64,000 nt of DNA from Octopus vulgaris (taxonomy: Eukaryota). The notes beneath the pieces were generated by a model. It made no database searches and had not been told where the DNA came from. It saw nothing but the letters and a program-made list of their open reading frames with translations. Of the stretch, positions 26,549 to 40,010 are shown piece by piece. The stretch covers positions 30,566,001-30,630,000 of the forward strand of contig OX597833.1 in assembly GCA_951406725.2 (NCBI GenBank), given 5' to 3'. A program made the translations under genes and the position numbers. Every line of letters starts with the position of its first letter. Within the stretch, counting starts at the first letter, position 1.

Positions 26549-29500
26549 ATTTATTCTTAGTGCAAGTTTTGAAGTGTGCAGTTCGATTTCAACAATTATT
26601 TTTTCAAAGCTAAAATGAAAGTGACAAAGGAGCATATTTTGCTTTATGAGTTCAATAAATGCACCAACGCAATGGAAAGTGCGAGGAATATTAAGGCGGT
26701 ATATGGGGATCAGACAATAAGCGTAAGCTAGTGTCAATGGTGGTTCCAGAAATTCCGAGCTGGAAACTACAGCCTAGAAGACATGCCTCGTCCTGGAAGA
26801 TCTGCAGAACCCGACGAGGACGTTCTGCAAACCATGGTGGAACAAAGTGTTGAGGAACTAGCAGTGAAGCTTGGATTTGGTCGTTCAATCTTTCAGCAAC
26901 ACCTGCATGCCATCGGAAAAGTCAGCAAATTCAATCAATGGGTTGCTCACAAACTTTCAAAGTCTAATTGCATGCAGAGAGTGAATGTGTGCTCTTCTTT
27001 GCTGTTACATCTCATGAATGAACCATTTTTGGACTGAATAGTAAATGGTGATGAGAAATACGATCTCTATGAAAATGTCAAGCACCAATGACAATGGTTA
27101 GGGAAAGGAGAAACACTAGCTCCCCAGGCTAAAGAAGGTCTTCACCAGTCAAATATTGGGTCAATGCACAATCCTAAAATATATCCTAAATATGAATGGA
27201 ACTAAAATAGAAAAAAAAAAATTGATTTGAGGCTAAAGAATAACAAAAACAAAGAAAATCAAAATTTAGTAATACTGAAATTTTAAATTTAATTTTCTAT
27301 TTATTGTTTGTAAACCAAGTGAGATATAGGTCTCTTTGAGAGTAAAAGAAATATCTTCATTTCTTAGTTTATAAATCTGCCATTGAAATATAATCACAAA
27401 TGTGCTAAAATCTGTCATGTTGTTGAGTGATTGAAACAATTTATTGACTGGTTTGCCTAGAAATTTGTTTAGAAACATTCTGTCAGTTGCCAAGCAATTT
27501 TTCAATTTATCTCATTAAAAAGTAATGCATTTGTTAGAATTATTGACTTCTGCAGAGGTTAGTTTAACCAGTAAGTTTGTAGTTTTTTTCTGTTGTTTAG
27601 TTCCACGTCAGCCCTGACTGAAGCAGACTTTTGATCAGTAGCATTCTGGCTATAACCTTTCTTTCTTTTTTCAGATACAAACTATCTAGGAATACATTTT
27701 CTAATAAGTCGTTCCTTTTTTAAGGGAGGTTTGTGTATTTTGAGGGCGAGTGGACTACTATTTCTAGTAGTTCGTCCAGCAAGTCTTCTGTGGTATATAA
27801 GAGAAAAGTCATTTTGGCAGAACCCTTCTCTCTTTCTAACCCAGCGCTCCAAAACCTTTTTCACTTAAAGTACACATATTCTTTTCAAAATTTGGTGGCA
27901 CACCTGAACTAAAAATATTACTAAAAGTATAGGGAAAAAAATTATATTCAGGTTACACTGTGAAATACCTAGCACCGTCATGCAGCATACAGGCTGTGGA
28001 GCACTGTTCTAAGCTGTACTCATAGGAGTTGAAATCATTACTGCTAACTAATAGCATATTCGTTTATGGTACAAAGATCTCGCTTTATACAGCACCTATT
28101 TGTTCCTTTTCTGTGGTCCACATTTATTGCTACATTGATATGATCATTTGTAAGCACCAGCAGAGGCACGGGCTATGTAGTTTAGAAGTATGCTCCGTAA
28201 TTATGTGGTTTCGAGTTTTTAGTTCGATTTCTCTGCATGGCACATTGGGCTGGTGTTTTCTCTTTTAGATTTGGGTGCCTTTAGCAGAGTTTATTCTGTT
28301 GCAAGCATTCAGACCAAGTCTCTAGTCCGAATGCTCGTAACTGTCTCCATTCATCCCGCCAGTCTTGGATGCCATGAAAAAGGTAATTAACGCTGTTCTT
28401 CCTCCTCTGGCTACTAAAATCAAAAAGAAAAATGTACTTAGTAAGGCTTCCATGACAGGTTACTAACCACTAGTCCTACGGTTTTGTACACTATCTCCTC
28501 AGCTCAGTTCTGGACCTCCAGTTCTTAATACATCAATTGATCTCATTAAATCTCACTCGTCTCTTCCAATCTTTTCTACTTCATCTCCCATATTGAGCCT
28601 AGGATGGCTTATTTCTGGAATCCCAACCTCTTCTGTCTGTTTTCTTTACAGTTACTGATCATCATAAATGCAAACATTTATTGTATTAATCTTATTCGAC
28701 TGTCCCTACCCTAAGAGAGCTCTTGGACAGCTATAGACATGCTATTCCTTCTGAAACTGAATCATAAATATAAAAAGAAACTAATATATCTTTAACAATA
28801 AAAATGAACTGTACCTCTTAATAGATCACTTGGCCAAGACTGGAGACTTCGTTTAGATGTAATTCAATTACAAACTAGCCTGCAAAGTTCCGTCTCTCTT
28901 CCGGCCATTGATTTCCATCCAAAAGTACTCGTATGATTAATAAGTACAATGGCTCAAGAGAAAATCGAACATGCATTGTAGGTTCGTCTGTCTGGAACTT
29001 AGCACAATTCTACATCACTTGTACTGATGATAGTATTAACAAAGAATGACATATTAGTATGATTAACAGTGAAAATGGATTAGAAGTTGATAGTAATATG
29101 TGGCTTTAAAGTAGGTACCTCTTTTGCCCAGTCTTTATGGATATCACACTTCTTTTAATTTTTTTATCGATATCGGTCATTGGACTGCATCCATACTAGG
29201 TCACTGTCTACAATAGCCTTACTTTATCATATCAGCTTCAGTTTTGACAGAATTGTTAGCAAGCCAGGTAAAATGCTAAGCGGCATTTCGGTCATCCACC
29301 GGTGCCGACTTTACCTTTCATCTTTTCGGGGTCAATAAAGTAAATACCAGTTGAACACTGGGATTGACTACAATCGATTTTCTCCCACTCTGAAATTGCT
29401 GGTCTCTCTGATTCTTAGTCTTTCACTGTCTGTTCGTGTGGCATTTTTTACTCATTACCTACCACTAACCCAAATATGTCCACTCACCCTACACTTCATA

Positions 29501-29594
29501 TGTTAACTCTCTCTTTTACTCTCCTCCTTTCTTTTTCTATACGATGTAAAGCATGGCTGGAGAATGCAACCAACCAACACTTATACCTGATCTA

Positions 29595-30824
29595 TAGGGG
29601 GAAGTTAAAAATTATCTGCACTTCACCAAAACTTTCTTTAGATTGGCTGAACTACCTTTAGTTCTCGCATGCTAAAAGGTGGTACATAACCGAGTTTGAC
29701 AGATCGTAGCTTCTGTTTTCTTTTTTGCGTTACAGAGCAAACACAGTTGCTTCACTGGCAATGTGCACCAAGGAAGAACAGAGATCAGTGATTCTATTTC
29801 TCTGGTCTGAAGGTGTGTCAGAAGGTGAACTTCCTCGCAGACATTCAGTACAATACAAGGACAGCGCTCCACCATATGTATGAGTGGATCGAGTTTTAAA
29901 ATAGCCGGACAAGCTGGATGCATGAAAAGGGAATATGATGTCCATCAACCTTCACCACCATCATGAAGATTCAACAAGTTCGACAGATGGTTCTGGTGAA
30001 CCGGCGAATGATCATCGATGAGGTGGTATATTTTCTACAAATTAGTTATAGTTCTGCATGCAAAATAATCCATGACATGCTTTGCTTCCATAAAGTCTGT
30101 GCAGGATGGATGCCAATAGAGCTTACCGAAGTGCACAAGTGCAATCGTGTGGAAATATGTCAATGCTTATTCGACTGCTACAACAATAAAGGTGAGAGAT
30201 TTGGGTCCTTCACTTTGAGCCAGAATCCAAGTCACCCAGAATCACCAGTAAAAAAGAAATTCAAAACTCACTCATCAGCAGAATAAGTGATGCTAATCGT
30301 TTTTTGAGACACAAAAGGGCCTATAGAGGAACATTAGCAGGAAAAGGGTTCTGTTCTGCAGTTACCAGTGTAGGCTACAGTGAAATACTGGCCAACAAAC
30401 TAAAACCAGCAGTTTGCACCAAATGTCGAGGTCTACTGTCAAAGCAAGTGTTATTGTTGCACGACAATGCACGTTCGCATACAGCTGCTCACACCATTGT
30501 AACCATTGAAAAATAGGGTTTCAAGTTGCTGGAACACCCAGTATACAGTAAAGATCTCGGCCTTTCCGACTATCACCTATCCTGACTGCTTAAACGTTCT
30601 TTATGAGGTCGTCGATTACTACTGACAAAGAAGTGCAGGAAGTAGTGCATGAATGGCTGCATGACCAGCCGAAAACTTTCTTCACTGATGGAATAAGCAA
30701 GCTTGTGGACCCCTGGAAGAAGTGCATCAAATAGCAAGGAGACTATGTCAAAAAATTATGTAATTATTCAACCCCTGTATTTGTTACTGAAACAATAATG
30801 CGTACAATTTTTGACTTATCCTCG
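29595..30824 (+). mobile_element. Decayed near full-length mariner (DD34D-type) transposon, different family
   Basis: Imperfect TIRs (TAGGGGGAAGTTAAAAATTATCTGCA / TGCGTACAATTTTTGACTTATCCTCG); GWMPIEL, LLHDNARSH and HPVYSKDLGLSDY. Confidence 0.88.
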
Positions 30825-30842
30825 TGTATGTGTGTGTATGTG

Positions 30843-30882
<40 letters not shown>

Positions 30883-31076
30883 AATATATATATATTGTTT
30901 CAGTCATTTGGGGTATCGCCTTTAAGGGTTTAATCGAACAAATCAATCCCAGTGCTTATTTTAAAAAAAACCCCGTACTTATTTTGCAGGTTTCTTTTTG
31001 CGGAACCAGGGATGTAAATGACACCAGTTGTCAGGTGATGGTTGGAACAAACACCCCCAACACACACTCACAAATA

Positions 31077-31420
31077 TAGGGTGTTTGGGCTAAATTTGAC
31101 AGTTTGTGTAAAATGAAAAGAAAATACAATATCTCATCCAAAAATAAAAGTTTTTTGAAATATTTTTTAAAATATTAACAAGATTAGGAGAGAACAGTTT
31201 ACTCAAGGCAGTCGCTCTGAGCTTCCACCATGGCCTCAAGATGGCTCCAGAATCTGATGCATATGTTCCCTGTATCCCTGGGAAGACCTTCGAACACCTC
31301 CTTGGATCCTTGTGGGAAATGAACTCCGAACATAAACTGCCGAAGCAAGTTACACAAAGCGTTTTTACCAACACTCTAACAGTTTTGCAAATCCCTTTCC
31401 CATTTTCTTGGTTTGTAACA
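31077..31420 (-). mobile_element. 3' end of a Tc1/mariner-superfamily element
   Basis: Minus strand ...RFWSHLEAMVEAQSDCLE* resembles a transposase C-terminus; TA-flanked TAGGGTGTTTGGGCTAAATTTGACAG putative TIR. Confidence 0.5.
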
Positions 31421-31622
31421 GTGACATTGACCAATAAACAAACCAGTTACAAAATGTTAAAGATATCTGTTATGAATCTTGCCGTTACTGTTGCTATTAC
31501 CTGCTCTGATTTCAAAATTCTCGTTACATATTACCATTTTGTTATTCAAAGATATATTCTTAAGGAGTCGTGGTGAATGTACTTGAACTTAGGATTAATT
31601 TCCTTTCAGTATTTATTTCTGT

Positions 31623-32340
31623 TAAGGGGGTGAGCTGGCAGAGTGCTTAGTGCATTTCGTCCATCTTTATGTTCTGTGTTCAAATTCTGCTGAGGTCGAC
31701 TTTGCCTTTCATCCTTTCAGGGTTGATGAAATAAGAACCAGTTGAATGTTGGTTGTAATCGACTTTTGAAAACCAGTTGAAAGGGTTGATGTAATCAACT
31801 TTTACTCACTCCTGAAACTGCTGTCCTTGAGCCAAAGTCTGAAATTAATATTTATTTCTGTTAAGGCGGCGAGCTGGAAAAATTGTTACTGTACCGGAAA
31901 AAATGCTTAGTGGCATTTCATCCGTCTTTACGTTCTGACTTCAAATTACACCGAGGTCGACTATGATTTTCATCTTTTCGGGGTCAATAAAGTTGAACAC
32001 TAGGGTTGATGTTATTGACTCATGCTCTACTCTGAAATTGCTGGCTTTGTACTAAAAATTGAAACCATTATTTAAGGCAGAATCGTTACTGCACCGGGCA
32101 AAATACTGTTAAGCATTTTGTCTGTCTTTATGTTTTGAGTTCAAATTCCACTGAGGTCGACTTTGCCTTTCATCCTTTCGAGATCGATGAAATAAATACT
32201 AGTTAAGCCCTGAGGGTCTATGTAATCGACTTATCTCCTCCTGCTAAATTGTTGGCCTTGTGCCAACATTTGAAACCACTATTTCTATTCTTTTACATTC
32301 TGTATTCAAATCACGGCCGACTTTACTTTCCTTTCCTTCT
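31623..32340 (+). mobile_element. Three head-to-tail copies plus a fragment of SINE family 3
   Basis: Repeated GGCGGCGAGCTGG...GAGTTCAAATTCC.C.GAGGTCGACTTTGCCTTTCATCCTTTCGGGGTCGAT at ~31623, 31862 and 32073; further decayed copies near 29245, 32440, 32720 and 55325 (-). Confidence 0.8.
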
Positions 32341-33913
32341 ATGGTTATGAAACCAGAACGTAATCATTCATTTGCTTACACTCCTCTTTACACATCTATG
32401 GGCTTGTTTGAATGTCGCTTAGTAATGATAGATAAGTTGCATCCTTTTATGCTTTGTGTTCAGATCCTGTTAGGGTCGACTCTGTTGTTACCTCTCAGGA
32501 TTGATAAATACCAGTCAATTACTGAGATTAAATCGAATGGATTATATCATTCCACACATATTTATGACAGACTTCTGCACAGTTTCCGTCAATCTAAGTC
32601 AGTTCACAAGTCATTTGTCTACCCCAAGCTATAGTAGAAGACATTTGCCCACAGTATCGCACAGTTGAATTGAACTCAGGACTATATGGTTGCGAGGTGG
32701 ATTTTATAAGAAGTATTTGCTCTGCCTTTTTACGTATTGAGGTTAAATCTCATTGAGGTTACCTTTGCCTTTCTTCCATCTGGGGTCAACAAAATAAAGT
32801 ATCAATCAAGTACTGGGGCCAATTTAATCAATTAATTCCCTCCCCTCAAAATTTTAGGGCCCTGAGCCTAAATAAGAAAGTGCTGTTAACAAATTGTTTT
32901 ATCATCATACCCTATTCCTTTAACATTAGACGACATATGAAAACAGTTTAAATTCTGATTACAATTCTTTTTCTATTTATTACATGTTAACTTGAAATTT
33001 TCTCCTGATCTAAGAACACACCTTCGTATTAACTTAAGAAATTTGTTATAGGAAGAATGAAAGGAGACAAAATGAGAGAGAACAAGAGGAAATGAAGAGA
33101 GTAAGAAAATCAGAAATGCCCAGGAAAGAAAGAGTGAAGAAAAGAAACACAGAATGGAAGGAAGAGAGAGAGAGAGAGATGAAGAAAAAAGACAGGTGAG
33201 AAAACGCAAGTCAGTATGTGAGGGATGTAGGTTGGAAGAAGAAGGAATAATAAAATATACTTATGACTGGAATGGGGTAGGGGAAATGATGTGGGTAGTG
33301 TTCATAATTTTGTGCACAGACTTGAATTTTTTCGATACTTCTGAAAGATAGTATCAAATTTGGAAGTGATTTGGTTAACATAAGATTATTTGCTGTGAAT
33401 AGATATATGATAACTTTATTATCACACCAACTCTTCCAGAATGCATTTTTAATAAGGAACTTTCATGTCTATAAGATAATGGCTGTGCAGTTAAAGGTTT
33501 TGCTTCGCAATCATATGGTACTTTGGGTTAATAAGGGTCTTTACCATTGTCTTGGGTTGGTTTGGTCTTGAAGTATGTTTGCAAATCTTTTCGTGTATCG
33601 TAGATTTAATATGTTGCTCAGTTTATCACTACCAGCTGTCCTTTAAGTACTTACAACAAAGTCCATTCTGTGTCAAGAATTCGGATCAAGTCTCACATCT
33701 GAGGGCATGATCTTTGCCCATCAATCAGAGAAGCTATATGAGAACGGCCATGGATGCTGCCGTTTTCCTCTAAGTCATAAACTTTTTGCTCACAATGCGA
33801 CACACTTTAAAGATATAGAAGATTAAATTACTTTCCATATATTGAGGTCGAAAACAAAAACGAAACTGTAATATTGCAATACAATTACTATAATTACATT
33901 ATCATCATCACCA

Positions 33914-33948
<35 letters not shown>

Positions 33949-33957
33949 ATTATTATT

Positions 33958-34673
<716 letters not shown>

Positions 34674-34867
34674 TAATAATAATAATAATAGTCAATACGA
34701 AGAGCATGTTTCGATTGTATGATATTTTATTGGTAGAACGATATTTCAACAGTAAGTCTGTCCGTCAAGTTCAAACTAAGAAGTGATAAAAATTCAAAAT
34801 TATAGAAATTTAAACGTAAAGTATGAACGAGAGCAACCAGCACCCACACGTTGATGGAATGACATCA

Positions 34868-36290
34868 TCAGTTTTTAAGTTTCAATTTTATAACAGGCGA
34901 AAAGAAAAAGACAGAAAAAAAAGCAGAAAAAAGAAGACAACAGAAAAAAAAGAGGAAAGAAAAAGGAGAGAAAGAAGAATAATCAAACAGTTTTGTATAA
35001 ATTTGATGATATTCTCCTGTCATCTTATTCATTCCTCCAGGGTGTGATGTTAATAACCTGCAAACATATTTCTCCTCATACATTCTGAGAAGTGAAAGTG
35101 AAGCAGATACAGAATATTTTTTGAGAATATGCACTTTCAAGTCTTCTTCAAAATTGCAACCACTTGAAACAAAATGTTCAGCAAGTTCTGTCAAACTGCT
35201 GTTATTGTGCCTGACATCAAATCTGTGCCCATTAAACCTTTTGTTTAATTGTTCTGTTGTACAACCAACATAAAGTAAGTTGTGTTTCATGCATTCCCCA
35301 GCATACACCAAATGGGAATCTTTACATGTTCCACCTTCTGTATAAATCATAACATTTCTGTAATGATTTCTGATGGAATTCACTTCACTCATGTTGTTGC
35401 ACAATGAACAGGGCTTACCTCTCTTGCAGCTGTTCTTTAAGGTACAGCGTGTAGATATTCCAATGTTAGTTTTCTTCGAGTCATATAGAGGTCAATAATT
35501 CTCTTATATTCTTATCCTGCCTAAAGGCTACACTAGACGACTGAGGAAATATCTGTTCGAAGCGAGGATATTTTTTCGCCACATGCTGGTAACTTTCATG
35601 CAACACTTTTGAAATACCAGCGAAATGTCGGTGCCAGTTAATCACTAAAGGAATTCTGTCATCCATTTTATTGTGTTTCCTAAAATTATGTGTGAAGGTT
35701 TGACTATCTTTGCTGATCTTAACTATTTCATTTGCTATATCCTTTAATCGTGATTCACTGTAACCGCTTTTGACATAATGATATACAAAAGCATTTGTCT
35801 GTCTCCAGTAATCCCCTATGTCAGTACAAATCCATTTTATCCTCAAAAATTGGGATTTCGGATTTGACCGAATAAGATGATATGGATGATTGGATTGGTG
35901 GTGGAGATAAATGTGGGATGATGTAGGCTTGCAAAATAACTCTGTTACTATTCTGCCTCCAGAAAATTTGACTTTTGTGTCCAAAAATTCAATGCTAGTT
36001 TTTGAAAAATTAGATGTAAAGTTTATGTTGGACTTAAAGCCATAGTTTTTAGCATAACAGCCGCAGAAATGCAAGAAGTCCATTAAACTATCCTCTGATC
36101 CTTCCCAGATAAAAAATATGTGATCAATGAACCGTAACCAGAGTATTGGTTCATAACTATGAAGGGATTTGAATGTCTTCAGTAACTGTGTCTTGAATTT
36201 CGTCATGAAGACATTAGCGAAATTAACTGCCATGGGGGTACCCATGGCGCAACACTTCGTCTGGTGGTAAAATCTTTGTCTAAACTTTGG
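34868..36290 (-). mobile_element. 5'-truncated Penelope-like element (RT C-half + GIY-YIG)
   Basis: ORF 35481-36245 has MGTPMAVNFANVFM, WLRFIDHIFFIW, FLD and SNHP; ORF 34868-35404 has LVYAGEC...LYVGCT...RFNGHR...LAEHF...GMN. Confidence 0.92.
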
Positions 36291-36294
36291 ACAG

Positions 36295-39200
36295 AAGGGA
36301 CATGTCTCTCCAGGTGTCGAGTTGCAAGCCCACTGATTTTTCTACGTTAATTTTTGCACCTGTCACCACTTCATATTCTTGTAGTGTGTCACCAATCAGA
36401 TCTATATGCCTGTGGCTGGTCACTATGGCATGACATCGTCAGCGTAAGCAGACACACTTCTCTCACATCCTAGATCATGTAGGACACCCCTCAAAACTTC
36501 TGCAGTAAAGGCTCAAAAGTACATACGGAGGGCACCCTTGACGGACTGAATGCAAGAATCTGAATGGTTCCTGAACAACCGAGGAGATGCCGCTGTACAA
36601 AGCAGTGATTCAACCGCGGAAAACTGGACCGAAGCCGGCTGCCTTGAGGACAGCTGCCAAGTATTGATGGTTGACTCTATAAAAGGCTTTAGATTGATCT
36701 AAATTGATTAGAGCCTCATCCATGCCAGCTTCGTTATCTACCCTCTCTATGATGTAGCGCATAAGGTGGAGGTTGCCGTGAATAGTTCTGGTAGGGATGG
36801 CGCATGTTTGCGCCTCGCCAACTAGCTTGTCCACAACAAGCAACAACCTCTTAGCTAATACCTTGGCGAAAATCTTTAACTCTACATTAAGCAGAGTGAT
36901 GAGCCTGAAATTTTCGATAACATCCCTCTTGTTTGAGTCCTTTCTCAGCAATGCCACCGCCCCTCAACAAACAAAAGTGGGAATTCTTCCATTTTGTTGC
37001 CTGTTGCAGTAGACGTCTGCTAAGAGATCCGCAAACAAGTCTGGCATTGAAATATAAAGCTCGTAGGGCAGACCATCCAAACCTGGCAATCTGCCTCTTG
37101 TGCAGCTTTTCATCACTTCCTTATCTCCACGGCTGTTATTGGCCTTTTGTGGCACTCCGCCTCGTTTGCCGAGAGTCATGGCAGGCCGTTCAGGTACACA
37201 CCAAAAATCTGACCTGTTATCCATCCTACCATTCGTCCCGAACAGTCGAGCAAAGTGCTGCTGAAAAGCCGCATACATTTGTTTTGGTTTGAACACCTCG
37301 TGTTCATTCTGGTCCAGCAAAGACCAAATGGTGGCATTATTGCTACTTTTTGCCTCCGCCATGTGGGCCCATCGTGACACTTTCATTCCCTCCCCACTTA
37401 GTGAACATGGCTTAGCTCTGACAACGCAACCTTCATGTTTGGCGTAAATTGGTCGAGGGCCAGCTTCACCGCCAGAACGTCGGTTGCGATGCCTGTCCTA
37501 AGCGCCTCATCTAACTTTCTAACTAAATCTCCCTCTATTATATTTCATTCTATCGCTAATGCCTTGCTAAACCTGATTGATTGTTCTCTAATTACCCTTT
37601 TAAGAGCAAACCACCAGTTGTTGATGGTTTCCCCTGTCAACGCCCGCTTAACTAATTTGCTAATCCGGTCTGTGTAAGCTTGACACACCGGTAACGTCTT
37701 CAGCTTCCAGTAACTGGGACCCTTTCTATGAAGCCTGTCTAAATCAACTGTACAGATCACAAATTTGTAGTCTGTGTAGCTGACCATGTGAAATTGTGGA
37801 CACCCTGCACTATCCTTGTCTGCTAGCCGATAAAATACTCTATCTAAATACAATCTAGATGACACGGTGCGGTTTGTCCAATCCACATTGGTACATTCGG
37901 GTAATCTGTCAGACAACTGAAAACATATTAGCAGGTTTTTGAGGCTTTTGCATTCCACTATCTTATCAGATACTCCCACGCAATCGAAAAGTCCATCTAA
38001 GGCAGCGTTCCAAATCCCCTACTAACATTAATCCCTGAGACGTTCCCAAGAAAACCTTTAGATGCTTGAAGTAATCAGACAGCCCTGCCCCTGTTGGAGC
38101 ATAGGCAGGCACCAGTCTGATAACACCGACATCATTGCTCTTAATCACCATATTAAATTTAGAACGGAGAAGAGCTCTACTTATCACTGCTGTCTGGTAT
38201 GGTGGTTCCCTTGGTCTTTTGTACTGGTGTTTCCATGAGGTTTTTATATATTCTTTTTGTGAAAGTCTTTTGGAGCGACCCAACAGCTTCCGGGGATATT
38301 GTTTTTATGGTGTTGTAATTTTGTTGTGTCATTTAAAAAATTTGTATGTGTGGTGGTGGTGAGTTGTAATCTGGTGCCATCGGGTAGGTTAATTGAGTCA
38401 GGGATTGAATTTAAGGCTTCTTGTTCAATTTGAACAAGGAGCTCCGACCCCTGACCCATCCAATTTTGTTGGTGCAATTTATGCCCCTCCAGTATTGTGG
38501 CGGTGTCCTCTATATCAAAGAGGACAGCTGCCACCAGCCAACATATATTTATTTCAGGGGGCACCGCCCCAGTCTTAATTTTGTCACGCATCAACTAAGG
38601 TATGTCGACACGGGCAGTAATTCCTCTGTTTTTAGGGGCACAGTGGAATGCTATCTTGCCCCCTGCTCAGTTGAAAAATGCACTTCCATCGTGCCGAAGC
38701 GTTTTCCTCTTGTCACATAGGTTTTGTTCGTCCAAATTGGTTTGAGGGCCATTTCTAACTGTTTTTGGGTAGCTTGTTCTACTCTTTTCTTCTTGATGTT
38801 TAAAACTTTCCTTCCTTAACCCCTTTGCATTTATATTTCATTTGTTGTTAAATTCAACATTTCTTTTGTCTGCTTTGCTGCTGAGGCGAAACCGTTGCCT
38901 CTGGATTTGTAGTTGTTCATGTTTGTGGTGGTGGTGTCAGTGTCATTTTTTCTTCTTTTCTCTCTTCCTCCATCAGGAACAATAGTGGTGATTTTTTTAG
39001 TTTTCTTTGTTGTTGTTGATTGTGGTGGCAGTGTTGGTGCTGCTGTGCATGCTAGTGCTGTGAAGAGAGGGAAATCAACAATGTAATGGCTGTTTCAACA
39101 GCCAGAATCACTCTCCTTCATGTCAGACTCCATATTGTTTTTTGCGTGAAAATGAAAAACACAGTTTTGGTAAAAAAAAAAGGACCAATCATCCAAAATA

Positions 39201-39330
39201 CGATCCTAAAAGGGGGAACTTTTAACAAAACAAATCCTTCTACACATCAAAAGGGGTTCAGAAAATAACAGTTAAATAAAACAGTCAAAAACCTTCAATA
39301 ACACTACAAAAATTCCAACTTATGGATCTC
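36295..39330 (-). mobile_element. Tx1/L1-clade LINE (ORF1 + partial EN + RT), internally deleted and 3'-truncated
   Basis: ORF1 (RGKRFGTMEVHF, VPPEINICWL); EN (YAPTG, YLDRV, YTDYK, GPSYWKL); RT (PGLDGLPYELY, DQSKAF, SAYADDV near 36440). Confidence 0.9.
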
Positions 39331-39374
39331 CTTTGTTAGCATTTGGTTTGGGCTTAAATGTTCAAAGTGGACTA

Positions 39375-40010
39375 AACCTTTCACATATCATCAAACAGAT
39401 AACAACATCTTACGTGGGCGAAGACCTTCTTTAGCCTGGGGTGCCAGTGTTTCTCCTTTCCCTATCCATTGTTGAAGGTGCTTGACATTTTTATAGAGAA
39501 CCCATTTCTCGTCACCAGTCACAATTCGGTCCAAAAAAGGTTTATTTGTGAGACGTGACAGCAAAGAAGGGCACACATTCACTCTCTGCGCGCGATTAGA
39601 CTCAGAAAGTTTGTGAGGAACCCATTGATCGAATTTTTTTACTTTTCCGATGGCACGAAGGTGTCGATGAATGGTTGAATGACCAATTCCAAGCGTCTGT
39701 GCTAGATCCTCAACAGTTACGATGGGAATGTCCTCGTCGAGTTCTACAGATTTTTCAGGACATGGCTTGTCTTCTAGGCTGTAGTTTCTGGTTCAGAATT
39801 TCTGCAACCACTGTTGACACTGGCTTACGCTTATTGTCTGATCCCCATACACTGCATTAATATTCCTTGCACTTTCCATTGTGTTGTTGTCTTTATTGAA
39901 CTCATAAAGCAAAATATGCCGAATATGCTCCTTTGTCACTTTCATTATAGCTTTGAAAAAATAACTGTTGAAATCGAACTGGGCTCTTCAAAATTTGCAC
40001 TAAGAATAAG
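39375..40010 (-). mobile_element. Mariner-like transposon copy 2 (same family as copy 1); ATG 39945; 3'-truncated
   Basis: MKVTKEHIRHILLYEF, QWVPHKL and IVTGDEKWVLY; 5' UTR matches 26549-26614; its 5' TIR was not found beyond 43241. Confidence 0.9.

Larger units (their letters stand above)
23656..27146 (+). mobile_element. Mariner-like transposon copy 1: 5' end/UTR 23656-23799, interrupted, resumes at 26549; transposase ATG 26615; 3'-truncated
   Basis: TA|CTGGGTCATCCCATAAATAATGC terminus; MKVTKEH..LYEF..WFQKFRAGNYSLED.PRPGR, QWVAHKL (WVPHEL-like) and IVNGDEK. Confidence 0.85.

Noticed and set aside
23774-26574. CRISPR-like array or LTR retrotransposon explanation for the recurring 19-26 bp repeat
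   Set aside because: Spacers are >1 kb homologous ORF1 elements in a eukaryotic context; no cas genes, LTRs, PBS or integrase; the repeat is continuous with mariner sequence.
28826-28930. Possible plus-strand exon (SLGQDWRLRLDVIQLQ...)
   Set aside because: An AG...GT-bounded open stretch of this length is expected by chance; no homology recognised.
33690-33810. Possible minus-strand host exon (VSHCEQKVYDLEENGSIHGR...)
   Set aside because: Plausible splice signals, but short, no recognisable homology and no partner exons; needs RNA-seq.
34695-34775. Hammerhead at the Penelope 3' end (CTGTTGA...CGAAACATGC, minus strand)
   Set aside because: Core and cleavage site are both non-canonical and the stems are unconvincing.
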